DNA of 64,000 nucleotides from Candidatus Methanomethylophilaceae archaeon (GCA_944320495.1 CALUHR010000003.1:128001-192000); one strand, 5' to 3'. Numbered from the stretch's first letter, positions 1 through 9,604 are shown. Numbers and translations are program-made. Notes: a model not told the origin generated them from the letters alone.

Positions 1-2
1 GA

Positions 3-1028
3 CCCGCCATGGAGGGACAGTCCATCCAGTGCGGGATGCTCGCCGGACCCGGAGCCATCTCCGACCTGACCTACGACTTCCAGTGGGTCTGCCAGGTCCT
101 GGACGACGACATCATCCCCAAGGAAGGGGACAAGGTCGACTTCGGCCTCGAGACTGTCATCCCCAACGGACCCATGCACGGCAAGGCCACCGGAATCACC
201 GGAACCGGTGTCATCGCGGCCGTCGCGGCCGCCCTCGACCAGCACCTCTGGAGGAAGGGCAAGCTCACCACCAGCGACGGTAAGCTCCACCTCCAGGACG
301 GCGTCTACATCGACTCCCACGACATCTCCGAGGCCATGAAGGCCATCGGAGCCATGCGCGCCGGGCACTTCACACTGCTCGAGCACGCCGGTATCAAGTT
401 CGACGAGATGAGGGTCATGTACATGGCCGGAGCATCCGGAACCTACGTCGACGCCGTCAAGGCCAGGGACGTCGGTCTCCTCCCGCCCTCCTGCGACACG
501 ATCTACCAGTGGGGCAACACCTCGCTCGCCATGGCCACGGACATCCTCAAGGACCCCGAGCTCCTCGACAAGCTCCAGGACATCGCCAACGGAATCAGGG
601 CCAACCACATCATGTTCGCCGGCGACAAGATTTTCGAGCAGATCTACACCCAGGAGCTGGCCGTCTGCGACGAGGGCATGCCCATGGACATGTACAACCA
701 GAATAACGCCATCTACGGCATCCAGGCGCTGCCCAAGCCCAGGGGGACCCCCGAGGTCCACCGCATGGTCCAGCGTGACATCCCAGATCTCGGAGAGCGC
801 GGACTGTACATCCTCCACGACATCGGCACCGAGCTCCGCGGCCACATGGAGGGCTGCACCGGATGCAAGAAGTGCGAGAGGGAGTGCCCCGAGAACGCGC
901 TCAAGGTCACCGACGACAAGGAGATCATCGTCCAGACCAAGAACTGCCTGGGTACCGCCTGCTACAGGTGCCAGTTCTCCTGCCCGAGCAAGGTCTACAA
1001 GTACGACAACCTCAAGCTGACCTTCTGA
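3..1028 (+). CDS. ramA: Methylamine methyltransferase corrinoid reductive activase (RamA/RamM-type ASKHA ATPase with C-terminal 2x[4Fe-4S]); 5'-partial
   Basis: Frame open from the window edge (PAMEGQ..., GITGTG, MAGASGTY). C-terminal CTGCKKCERECP and CLGTACYRCQFSCP ferredoxin motifs. Confidence 0.85.
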   Translation, partial: PAMEGQSIQCGMLAGPGAISDLTYDFQWVCQVLDDDIIPKEGDKVDFGLETVIPNGPMHGKATGITGTGVIAAVAAALDQHLWRKGKLTTSDGKLHLQDGVYIDSHDISEAMKAIGAMRAGHFTLLEHAGIKFDEMRVMYMAGASGTYVDAVKARDVGLLPPSCDTIYQWGNTSLAMATDILKDPELLDKLQDIANGIRANHIMFAGDKIFEQIYTQELAVCDEGMPMDMYNQNNAIYGIQALPKPRGTPEVHRMVQRDIPDLGERGLYILHDIGTELRGHMEGCTGCKKCERECPENALKVTDDKEIIVQTKNCLGTACYRCQFSCPSKVYKYDNLKLTF

Positions 1029-1138
1029 GGTCGCATTGAGAAACAGGGCCTCCGGGCCCGTCTTCCTTTATTATAATATTCAAGAATCGACAGGGACCCA
1101 TGGCGCGTGTGTCCCCCTGACATCACGGATAGAAGGAG

Positions 1139-1164
1139 CCCCGCCGTCCCAAAGACGGCAGGGG
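1139..1164. terminator. GC hairpin between convergent ramA and ABC operon
   Basis: GCCGTC-CCAAA-GACGGC stem (1143-1159) flanked by CCCC/GGGG. Confidence 0.45.
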
Positions 1165-1209
1165 TAAAATCGTTTGGACCCCTCGCGTTGATCGGGAGGG
1201 GCGGGAGCC

Positions 1210-2055
1210 TCACTCCAGGACGTTCTCCTTCTCCAGCTCTTCGAGGATCCTCTTGCGGAGCGCGGTGAACTCGGGGGAGGCGCGGTCCCTGGGACGGGGC
1301 CAGCCGATCTCCACGACCTCCTTGATGGTAGCCGGGCGCTTGGTCAGGATGACGATCCTGTCCGACAGGTAGACCGCCTCGTCGACCGAGTGGGTGATGA
1401 AGATGATCGTCTGATCGGTCTTGTCCAGGATCTTCAGCAGGCCGGCCTGCATCAGGTTCCTGGTCTGGGCATCGAGAGCGCCGAACGGCTCATCCATCAG
1501 GATGACGTCGGGGTTTGTGACCATCGCCCTTGCGATGGCGACGCGCTGCTTCATCCCTCCTGAGAGCTCGTGTACCCTGTGGTCGGCGAACTTCTCCAGA
1601 CCGACGATCTTCAGGTACTTCTCGGCGCGCTCGCGGCGCTCCTCCTTGGGCATGCCGGCGATCTCGAGGCCGAACTCTACGTTCTTCCTGACGGATCTCC
1701 AGGGGAACAGGGCGAAGTCCTGGAAGACCATGCCCCTGTCCGAACCTGGTCCGGTGCACTCGCGGTCCCCGATCAGGATCTTCCCCGAGGACGGGGGGAT
1801 CAGGCCCGCCAGCATCCTCAGTATGGTCGTCTTCCCGCATCCGGAGGGGCCGACGATCGTTATGAGCTCGCCCTTGCGGATATCGAGGGAGAAGTCCTCC
1901 AGGACCACAGTCTCGGAATCCTCGGTGACGTACGTCTTGCTCAGATTCCGAATGTGAATCTGGTCCTCCCCCTCCTTGATCTCCTCGGAGGGCACGAAGG
2001 TGTCGCTCTCCACTGCTGTGCCGGCGGTTACACCGGGTTCGATCTCCTCAGACAT
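1210..2055 (-). CDS. ABC transporter ATP-binding protein (SsuB/TauB/NrtD family)
   Basis: Walker A GPSGCGKT, LSGGMKQRV signature, MDEPFGALD, ITHSVDEA. Confidence 0.95.
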   Translation of the reverse strand: MSEEIEPGVTAGTAVESDTFVPSEEIKEGEDQIHIRNLSKTYVTEDSETVVLEDFSLDIRKGELITIVGPSGCGKTTILRMLAGLIPPSSGKILIGDRECTGPGSDRGMVFQDFALFPWRSVRKNVEFGLEIAGMPKEERRERAEKYLKIVGLEKFADHRVHELSGGMKQRVAIARAMVTNPDVILMDEPFGALDAQTRNLMQAGLLKILDKTDQTIIFITHSVDEAVYLSDRIVILTKRPATIKEVVEIGWPRPRDRASPEFTALRKRILEELEKENVLE

Positions 2056-2872
2056 TGGACATCCCCATCCTCTTCGTAATGATCTTGTGGACGTACTCCG
2101 CGAGGCCCGTGGTGAGTATACCCAGTATCGCGATGATCACGATCGCCGCGAAGGCGTTGGGCCACAGGCCGTTGGTCGCCATGGTCGAGAGGTAGTATCC
2201 GATTCCTCCCAGCTGAGGCGCGTAGAGCTCCGCGGCCACGATACACATCCATCCTACCCCGAGACCGACCTTGACACCGTTCATCAGGTACGGGATGGCG
2301 CTCGGGACCATAACCTTGTAGAACACCTGGACCGACGACGCCCCCATCGTCCTGGCGGCGTCCATCAGGTTGGGATCGATCTTCTGCACACCGAACACCA
2401 CGTTCGTGAGCACCGGGAAGAATATGCCGATGAACACGACGAGTATGGGTCCGATGGTGTAGTCGATGGCCAGGATGAATATGGGCGCCCATGCGATCGG
2501 GGCGATAGGCCTCAGGACCTCAATTACCGGGTTGGCGAACTCCCTCACGGTCTTCGAATATCCTATGATGAGACCGAGGGGAACGGCCACGACGAGGGCC
2601 AGGAGGAATCCCAGCAGGAACGTCTTGAGACTCGATCCGATGTACTGCCAGACCGTGCGTCCGCTGGTGACCGAATCGCCGTTGACCACGAGGTCGACCA
2701 GGGCGTTCCACGTCTCCAGCGGGGTCGGGATGGCTGTCGAGTTCAGGAGGAGGGACACGTCCCACCAGGCGAACACGAAGCACACCAGCGACGTGATGGC
2801 TATCACTGCGGTCCTGAACCAGCGATGGTAGCGGTTGTTCTCATCGTAGGTCCAGTTCAATATGGTCGCCAT
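2048..2872 (-). CDS. ABC transporter permease (SsuC/TauC family)
   Basis: Multiple TM helices, EVLRPIAPIAW, EAA-like MDAARTMGAS loop. Confidence 0.95.
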   Translation of the reverse strand: MATILNWTYDENNRYHRWFRTAVIAITSLVCFVFAWWDVSLLLNSTAIPTPLETWNALVDLVVNGDSVTSGRTVWQYIGSSLKTFLLGFLLALVVAVPLGLIIGYSKTVREFANPVIEVLRPIAPIAWAPIFILAIDYTIGPILVVFIGIFFPVLTNVVFGVQKIDPNLMDAARTMGASSVQVFYKVMVPSAIPYLMNGVKVGLGVGWMCIVAAELYAPQLGGIGYYLSTMATNGLWPNAFAAIVIIAILGILTTGLAEYVHKIITKRMGMSNV

Positions 2873-2882
2873 TATGCCACCT

Positions 2883-4085
2883 TCAGCTCGGGATCAGGGA
2901 ACCGTTGATGACAGCGGTCGTTATGGGTGGGGCTCCGACGAATCCGAACACGACCTCTCCGTTCTGCAGGGAGGTCGCCACGCCGCCGCCGTTGGAGGCG
3001 CTGCTGACCTCGACGTTGATGCCGTACTCCTCGTAGAATCCCTTCTCTATGCCAAGGTGGATGGCGATCTGGTGGATATCTCCGGCGATGACTCCGACCC
3101 TGACGGTGGACATCGAGTACCCGGACTCACTCTTCTCGTAGTCCAAGGCCTTGGCGAGATATCCGCCATTGACGTACCTCTGCGCGAACTCGTACGTGTC
3201 GCTGAATCCCTGCCTCTCGACGGAACCGGCGAGTCCGAGGTTGTCTACGAGATCCGCCACGGCGTCCTCGAGGCTGGCAAGGGGCTTGTCCGCGGTGTCC
3301 CCGAGGGACGCGTCGTTCCCGTACACGTAGTTCACGGAATCCAGGGACGCCTCGATGACGGCGCGGTTGGAGATCCCGGTCCTGTCCATGGCGAGCTGCA
3401 CCAGCTCGGCGTACTCCTCGGAGGACTTGTCGGCGATGGCGTTGTTGACCCAGTCGACGGACTTGATGTATCCGGCGAGGAACCTGACGGTTATGTCGGA
3501 GTTGGAGGTTATGAACTCATGGGAAGCGCCGATGACGCAGCAGGTGTGTCCGGGGTCGTAGTCGGCGGAGGTCATGAGGGACACGCATGGACGGACGGTG
3601 CTCTCGAGCATCGCCTGGTACTGGGGCTGCCAGATGATCCCTCCGTCGAGCTGGGGGGAGTTCTCGAAGGCCGCGGCGTTGGTGATGCTGTCGTTGTAAT
3701 AGACGATGCCGCATCCCGGGGAGGTGTTGGCCCCGGTGGTGTACAGCATGAAACGGAGGCCCATGCTCTCGACTATGCTCTTCAGTTGAACGTGTTGGAT
3801 GGTCGTCGGTCCGGGGGTGCCGAAGATCTTGCCCTCCCAGAAATCAGGATGGTACGTGATCGTGCCGTCCTCGCCGATCAGCGGGGTCCCGTCGCTGTCG
3901 ACATCGATGAAGTCGCTTGCGCTGTACTTGTCGTCGATATAGATTCCAGACCCTTCCGTGTTGACACGGGCTATGAGGTTGATCTCCTTGTCATCGTTAT
4001 CCTGATTGTAGAACATGACCAGGATGGAAGAGGAGAGCAGGAACGCGACCACGATGGCCGCAGTGAGTACTACCTTCTTGTCCAG
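2883..4085 (-). CDS. ABC substrate-binding protein (SsuA/NMT1-like), membrane-anchored, apparently circularly permuted
   Basis: N-terminal TM anchor, GKIFGTPGPTTIQH, GGIIWQPQY, GHTCCVI. Probable CTG start after AGGAGG; the ORF is open to 4133. Confidence 0.85.
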   Translation of the reverse strand: MDKKVVLTAAIVVAFLLSSSILVMFYNQDNDDKEINLIARVNTEGSGIYIDDKYSASDFIDVDSDGTPLIGEDGTITYHPDFWEGKIFGTPGPTTIQHVQLKSIVESMGLRFMLYTTGANTSPGCGIVYYNDSITNAAAFENSPQLDGGIIWQPQYQAMLESTVRPCVSLMTSADYDPGHTCCVIGASHEFITSNSDITVRFLAGYIKSVDWVNNAIADKSSEEYAELVQLAMDRTGISNRAVIEASLDSVNYVYGNDASLGDTADKPLASLEDAVADLVDNLGLAGSVERQGFSDTYEFAQRYVNGGYLAKALDYEKSESGYSMSTVRVGVIAGDIHQIAIHLGIEKGFYEEYGINVEVSSASNGGGVATSLQNGEVVFGFVGAPPITTAVINGSLIPS

Positions 4086-4366
4086 GGTATCCTCCTTCTG
4101 GAAGTAAACAAACGTTGTTTGATATTTAACCATTAGAGGAATTGATTTTACAATCAGGATAATTCAATATTCGTGATGTCCCCTTCCGATTGAACATCCA
4201 GAGGTGATCGGATGTGGACGGGGACATCGGCATGAGGTCCGGGAGATATGACCGCATTCCGCGTGCGATTCCTGATTGGGTGAAATCCGGATGTGGATAA
4301 CGGTCGGGATGACAGGAACTTGTGGAAGCTGTATGACGGGGCCTTACGGCCCCTGTTTCAGCGGGA

Positions 4367-4801
4367 TCAGATGTCCCTGAAGAGCGTCGCGTACTGCATG
4401 CGCTCGGCGCCGAAGTACTCCTTGCAATACTCCGCCGTGGCCTCCGGAGGAAACTCCCTGCAGGAGAACACGTCTATGAACGCCCGGTCCGTGTCCTCGG
4501 CGAAGTGCCCTGCTATGCAGGACGTCTCGATCAGCTGCACCAGGGAGTAGCCCTCGACCTTCGGCTCCGCACCGAACCTGACGACGACGGGGTCTCCGAA
4601 GCGCTTCATCCTGATGTGATCCGCGAGGTCGATGGCGAACTGCCTGATGTAGTCGCCGTCGCAGATCTTCTGGTGGTCGCACCCGCCAAGATCAACGGCC
4701 ACGTGGAGACCCCAGTGGTTCTCATCGCCGTATTTCCTGATGGACTCCTCATCCGTGAGGAGTGGTCCCGAATAGGGGCTCATGCTGTACATGTCAAACA
4801 C
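4367..4801 (-). CDS. speD: S-adenosylmethionine decarboxylase family proenzyme (pyruvoyl-dependent)
   Basis: WGLHVAVDLGGC, GYSLVQLIETSCIAGHF, FIDVFSCREF; substrate uncertain. Confidence 0.7.
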   Translation of the reverse strand: MFDMYSMSPYSGPLLTDEESIRKYGDENHWGLHVAVDLGGCDHQKICDGDYIRQFAIDLADHIRMKRFGDPVVVRFGAEPKVEGYSLVQLIETSCIAGHFAEDTDRAFIDVFSCREFPPEATAEYCKEYFGAERMQYATLFRDI

Positions 4802-4991
4802 CTGCGGTTTAACCGCGGATGGACGAACGGGGAACCCTACTTGAAACCGACCCTACCCCATGTCTCGTAAGAGATAATCGGAGGCCAGTGTTGTCTCCCA
4901 CGTGTCATCCGTTCGGTCCAGGAGACAGCCCGACGGACATCCCGCCGGGCGGGAGCGAACCGTAATATCGGGATATCCAGTTGACTATGGT

Positions 4992-6104
4992 ATGAATCCC
5001 CCGAAGGTCTACTACACATCCATGCGGTGCGAGGTCGGAGACAGCCTCCTGGACAAGCTGGAGAGACTGGTCCGCGCGGCCGGCATCGAGGACATCGACA
5101 TGGACCGCAAGTTCGTGGCCATCAAGACCCATTTCGGCGAGTACGGCAACCTCTCGTACCTCAGGCCGAACTACGCCAAGACCATAGCGGACATCGTGAA
5201 ACTCCAGGGGGGCATACCTTTCCTCACTGACTGCAACACCCTGTACGTGGGCAAGAGGAAGAACGCCATCGAGCACATGGACACCGCCAACCTCAACGGG
5301 TTCTCCCCGATGTCCACGGGATGCCAGATTGTGATCGCCGACGGCCTGAAGGGCGACGATGACGTCGAGATTCCCATCGACGGGGAGTACGTGAAGAACG
5401 CCAAGATCGGACGCGCCATCGCCGATTCCGACGTCATCATCACTCTCAGCCACTTCAAGTGCCACGAGCAGACCGGGTTCGGCGGCGCCCTCAAGAACCT
5501 GGCCATGGGGTGCGGATCCCGCAGGGGGAAGATGGAGATGCACTCCGCCGGGAAGCCGTGCGTCGATGCCGAGAAGTGCAGGGGCTGCGGGAAGTGCATG
5601 CAGTTCTGCGCCGCCGATGCCATAGAGATGGTCGACCGCAAGGCGGAGATCGTCGAGGACAGGTGCGTCGGGTGCGGGAGATGCGTGAGCGCCTGCCCGT
5701 TCGACGCCGTGGAGGCGTTCATGGACCAGAAGTTCGACATAGTGAACGCCAAGATCGTCGAGTACGCCATGGCCGCGACCAAGGGGAAGGAATGCTTCCA
5801 CATCAGCGTCATCTGCGACGTGTCCCCGTTCTGCGACTGCCACGGCGAGAACGACGTGCCAGTGGTTCCGGACGTGGGCATACTCGCATCCACGGACCCC
5901 GTGGCCCTCGACAGGGCGAGCGTCGATCTGGTGCAAAAGCAGCAGATCATTCCCGGGTCCCGCCTCTGGGACAACTGCAGCGGGAGGAGGCCATCGGACC
6001 TCCTGACGTGCAACCAGCCCGCCACCAACTGGATGTCCACCTTCGAGCACGCCGCAAAGATGGGATTCGGCAGCTCCGAGTACGAGCTCGTGGAAGTGAG
6101 ATGA
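4992..6104 (+). CDS. DUF362 domain Fe-S protein with 2x[4Fe-4S] ferredoxin insert
   Basis: VAIKTHFGE, LSHFKCHEQTGFGGALKNLAMG, CRGCGKC...C and CVGCGRCVSACP, DPVALD. Confidence 0.9.
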   Translation: MNPPKVYYTSMRCEVGDSLLDKLERLVRAAGIEDIDMDRKFVAIKTHFGEYGNLSYLRPNYAKTIADIVKLQGGIPFLTDCNTLYVGKRKNAIEHMDTANLNGFSPMSTGCQIVIADGLKGDDDVEIPIDGEYVKNAKIGRAIADSDVIITLSHFKCHEQTGFGGALKNLAMGCGSRRGKMEMHSAGKPCVDAEKCRGCGKCMQFCAADAIEMVDRKAEIVEDRCVGCGRCVSACPFDAVEAFMDQKFDIVNAKIVEYAMAATKGKECFHISVICDVSPFCDCHGENDVPVVPDVGILASTDPVALDRASVDLVQKQQIIPGSRLWDNCSGRRPSDLLTCNQPATNWMSTFEHAAKMGFGSSEYELVEVR

Positions 6105-6112
6105 TGGAGGCC

Positions 6113-6466
6113 ATGATCTCGGACCTGTTCGAGATCCTGATGCTGCTCGGCTTCGCCGCAGCCTGGCCCTTCAACATCATCCGCGCATGGCGCGCCCGCA
6201 CCGCCGTCGGCACCAGCCCTTACTTCATGATCGTCATCGAGTTCGCATACCTCTGCGGCATGATCAGCAAGGCCGTCGTCGCCGACTGGTGGCCGGTGTT
6301 CCCGTTCTACGTGCTCGACTTCTGTCTCGTCGCGGTGGCCCTGATGATATACGTCAGGAACAGGCGGATGGATGCCGCCAAAGGCAGGCCGCGAGACGAG
6401 AAACGACAGTGCCAGCACATCGACGGGACGGAGGGGCCCCTTCGGGGCCCTATCCCCTCCCTTTAA
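6113..6466 (+). CDS. PQ-loop/SemiSWEET-like small membrane protein (inferred true end CGA 6392-6394)
   Basis: GGAGG RBS, three TM helices, AWPFNIIRAWRARTAVGTS motif. The extension past the CGA crosses a GC hairpin. Confidence 0.75.
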   Translation: MISDLFEILMLLGFAAAWPFNIIRAWRARTAVGTSPYFMIVIEFAYLCGMISKAVVADWWPVFPFYVLDFCLVAVALMIYVRNRRMDAAKGRPRDEKRQCQHIDGTEGPLRGPIPSL

Positions 6467-6492
6467 GTTCAGAAGCACGTTGACTACGCCCG

Positions 6493-8292
6493 ATGGAACC
6501 CATTGAGGATATCATATCCAAGGCCGAGGCAGGGGACGTGCAGTCCTGCTTCGAGCTTGGGCAGAGGTTCGCACTCGGCCAGGGCGTCGATGCGGACGAG
6601 TCTGCCGCCTTCGGTTGGTACGTCCGCGCAGCCAAAGGGGGTCATCCCGGGGCCCAGTTCGTCGTAGGCCACTGCCACGCCTACGGCCTGACGGTCCCAG
6701 CTGACCCTGCGGAGGGCTGCATGTGGATGTTCCGCGCATGCATGGAGGGCAACGCGGAGGCGCACAGATGGCTGTCCGACTATTACCAGTCGCACGAGAC
6801 GCCGAAAGACGGCGTCGTCTTCGAATACTTCAGGCAGAGGGCGGGCGCGGAGGATCCCGACGCGTCCTACGTTCTGGGCAGGCTGAAGGAGCTCGCCGTG
6901 GGCACGGAGTTCGACCCGGCGGGCGCTTTCGCGGATTACACCGCGGCCGCCGAGGCAGGTCACAACGCCGCGCGCTGCATGAGGGCCATCTGCGTCCTCA
7001 ACGGCATGGGCACCAGCCGCGACAGGAACCGCGGGGCCGCCATGCTCCAGGAGCAGGCCGAGGCGGGATACGCACCGGCCGCCGAGGAGCTCGGCAGGTG
7101 CTACGAGTACGGCTACGGAGTGGCCAGGGACCGCAGCAAGGCATTCGCGATCTACAGGGAGCTCGCCGATGCGGGAGACGCATCGGGAATGTACAACCTG
7201 GGAAGGGCGTACATGGACGGCATCGGCGTCGAGAAGGACGGACCGGCCGCATACGCATGGTACTCGGCAGCCGCCGGCAGGGGATCCATCTCCGCCGTGT
7301 ACGGGCTCGCCAGGTGCCACATCGGAGCCGTGGGGACCGAGAAGAACCGCGACCTGGGACTGAAGCTGCTCGAGGAGGCCGCCTCCTTCGGACAGACCGA
7401 CGCCATGGTCATGCTCGGACAGCTCAACGCCCGCGGCAAACAGGTCAAGAAGAACACCCAGCTCTCCGCTGCCTGGTTCAAGAGGGCCGCCGACCTGGGC
7501 GACGGATACGCCCAGCTGGTCACCGGCGACAACTACGCCAACGGCACCGGCCTCAAGAAGGACAACAAGATGGCCATCAGGTACTACCTGATGTCCGCCG
7601 CCCACGGCAACGACGTGGCCTGCTTCAACGTCGGCAACGCCTACGCCCTCGGACGCGGAGTCCCGAGGAACGACGAGCAGGCCTTCATCTGGCTCAACAG
7701 GGCCGCCGAGGACAACTACATGAAGGCCCAGTACTCCGTCGCGGAGGCCTACTCCAAGGGACGCGGAGTGAAGAAGGACCTCGCCAAGTCGTTCGCCATC
7801 CACAAGCAGCTCGCGGAGAACGGGTTCGCCAAGTCCCAGTACCATGTCGCCTACGGCTACATGGAGGGAGAGGGCACCGAGAAGGACCCTGCGACGGCCT
7901 ACGGATGGTTCGTCAAGGGAGCCGAGGGTGACGATCCAGTGTGCCTCTACTACGCCGGATACTGCTGCCAGAACGGCCTCGGTACCGAGAAGGACATGGA
8001 CAAGGCCGTCGAGTGGTACACCCGCGCGGCTCAGCTCGGACACATCATGTCCAGGGACATCGTCGAGCGCCTGACCGGAGAGAGGGTCCAGATCAAGGAG
8101 AAGGAGTCCCCGTTCCAGGCCTACCTCAGGTCCGCCGAGAAGGGAGACCCCGACGCCATGTTCATCGTCGGACGCTGCTACCAGGACGGAGTAGGCACCG
8201 AGAAGGACATGGACAAGGCCATGGAGTGGCTCAAGAAGGCCGCTGACAAGGGCAACGCCGCAGCCAAGAGGATGCTGCAGCCCAAGCAGTGA
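6493..8292 (+). CDS. Sel1-like repeat (SLR) protein
   Basis: More than 12 repeats of the type A..G...A...LG..Y..G.G...D...A..WY..AA..G. Confidence 0.95.
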   Translation: MEPIEDIISKAEAGDVQSCFELGQRFALGQGVDADESAAFGWYVRAAKGGHPGAQFVVGHCHAYGLTVPADPAEGCMWMFRACMEGNAEAHRWLSDYYQSHETPKDGVVFEYFRQRAGAEDPDASYVLGRLKELAVGTEFDPAGAFADYTAAAEAGHNAARCMRAICVLNGMGTSRDRNRGAAMLQEQAEAGYAPAAEELGRCYEYGYGVARDRSKAFAIYRELADAGDASGMYNLGRAYMDGIGVEKDGPAAYAWYSAAAGRGSISAVYGLARCHIGAVGTEKNRDLGLKLLEEAASFGQTDAMVMLGQLNARGKQVKKNTQLSAAWFKRAADLGDGYAQLVTGDNYANGTGLKKDNKMAIRYYLMSAAHGNDVACFNVGNAYALGRGVPRNDEQAFIWLNRAAEDNYMKAQYSVAEAYSKGRGVKKDLAKSFAIHKQLAENGFAKSQYHVAYGYMEGEGTEKDPATAYGWFVKGAEGDDPVCLYYAGYCCQNGLGTEKDMDKAVEWYTRAAQLGHIMSRDIVERLTGERVQIKEKESPFQAYLRSAEKGDPDAMFIVGRCYQDGVGTEKDMDKAMEWLKKAADKGNAAAKRMLQPKQ

Positions 8293-8411
8293 TGAAACTC
8301 CAGACGGGGGTCTGCCCCCGTCATCTTTCCACTTTTACAGATACGGATGGGTTCATCCGGAAGAAGATGTGATCCGGGAGCCCCTCGCGGCGGCCCCCGA
8401 GGATGTTTGGT

Positions 8412-8516
8412 TCAGCTCCAGAGAGCCATGACGACGCCGACGGCCACGAGGATGACCAGGCTGATCGCGGGGAGCGCGTTGACGCACCTGTCCTGTTTGG
8501 AAATCTTGTGCTCCAT
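8412..8516 (-). CDS. 34-aa single-TM small protein (MEHKISKQDRCVNALPAISLVILVAVGVVMALWS)
   Basis: ATG to TGA with a clean hydrophobic helix, downstream of an AT-rich TATA-like segment near 8536-8550. Below the ORF-track cutoff. Confidence 0.5.
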   Translation of the reverse strand: MEHKISKQDRCVNALPAISLVILVAVGVVMALWS

Positions 8517-8588
8517 GGGGGCGAATCCACGTATTCTCTATAAAGTAAATCCCCAACCTAGATATCCGCGACCGCGATAACCCTGGCC

Positions 8589-9068
8589 GTGATCGGGAGA
8601 ATAAGAGTTATGTTCGTATGCTACGGCAACATATGCCGCAGCCCCATGGCCGAGTTCGTCTTCAGGGACCTGCTGTCCCGCGAGGGGCTCGCCGAGAGAT
8701 TCGTCGTCGCATCGTCCGGCACCAGCGGGGAGCACATAGGCGACCCTCCGGACCCGAGGACCGTGAGGGAGCTCTCGCTCCACGGGATCGGCGCCTCCGG
8801 GAAGACGTCCAGGAGGCTCCTGCGCTCGGACTTCCTGGACTACGACTACATCGTCTGCATGGACTCGTCCAACCTCGGATACGCCAACAGGGTCGCGCCC
8901 TACGAGAAGGTGGCCGAGATCTCCAAGCTCATGGACTTCGCCGGAGGTGGGGACGTGGCCGACCCGTACTACACGGGCGACTTCGGCAAGGCTTACCGCG
9001 ACATCCTCCGCGGATGCGAGGGGCTCCTTGAGCACATCAGGGCGCAGCATCCGGAGCTGGGCGCATGA
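8589..9068 (+). CDS. Low-molecular-weight protein-tyrosine phosphatase
   Basis: P-loop CYGNICRSPMAE; DVADPYY general-acid motif. Confidence 0.95.
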   Translation: MIGRIRVMFVCYGNICRSPMAEFVFRDLLSREGLAERFVVASSGTSGEHIGDPPDPRTVRELSLHGIGASGKTSRRLLRSDFLDYDYIVCMDSSNLGYANRVAPYEKVAEISKLMDFAGGGDVADPYYTGDFGKAYRDILRGCEGLLEHIRAQHPELGA

Positions 9069-9604
9069 TCAGGACCTTCGTGTCCATACCGGTCCCGGAC
9101 AACTCGGAGATGGATTCCCTCAGGAGGGAGCTCAGGGTCGCCGGCATCCGCCCCAGCCCTCCGGAGCAGACCCACATCACCCTGAGGTTCATCGGCGACG
9201 TCCAGGAGTCCAAGGTGAAGAGGATAGCGGCATGCGTCGAGCGCGCTTCTCAGGGCATCGCGCCCTTCGAGCTTCGCGTCTCCGGGATCGGTGCGTTCCC
9301 GAACGAGAACAGGCCATCGGTCATATGGCTGGGGGCCGAGCCCGCCGGCACACTCCGCACACTCGCGGACCGCCTAGCCGAGGAACTCAGGAAAGAGGGC
9401 ATCGGATTCGACGCGAAGCCCTTCAGGGCCCATGTCACCGTGGCAAGGTCCCGTGACGGGGACGTTCCCCTCAGGATCTTCGATTCCCATCGCGACACCC
9501 TGTTCTCAGAATCGCAGGTCCGGGAGATCCTCGTCATGAGGAGCGACCTCGGTCCGGGCGGGGCGAAGCACACCGTCCTGGCCCGCGTGCCACTCCTGAA
9601 ATGA
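9065..9604 (+). CDS. thpR: RNA 2',3'-cyclic phosphodiesterase (2H family)
   Basis: Two HxT motifs (HITLRFIG, HVTVAR); ATGA-coupled to the upstream gene. Confidence 0.9.
   Translation: MIRTFVSIPVPDNSEMDSLRRELRVAGIRPSPPEQTHITLRFIGDVQESKVKRIAACVERASQGIAPFELRVSGIGAFPNENRPSVIWLGAEPAGTLRTLADRLAEELRKEGIGFDAKPFRAHVTVARSRDGDVPLRIFDSHRDTLFSESQVREILVMRSDLGPGGAKHTVLARVPLLK

Noticed and set aside
7860-8240. Direct DNA repeats resembling an array
   Set aside because: In-frame Sel1 protein repeats, not CRISPR; no repeat-spacer array or cas genes seen in the window.
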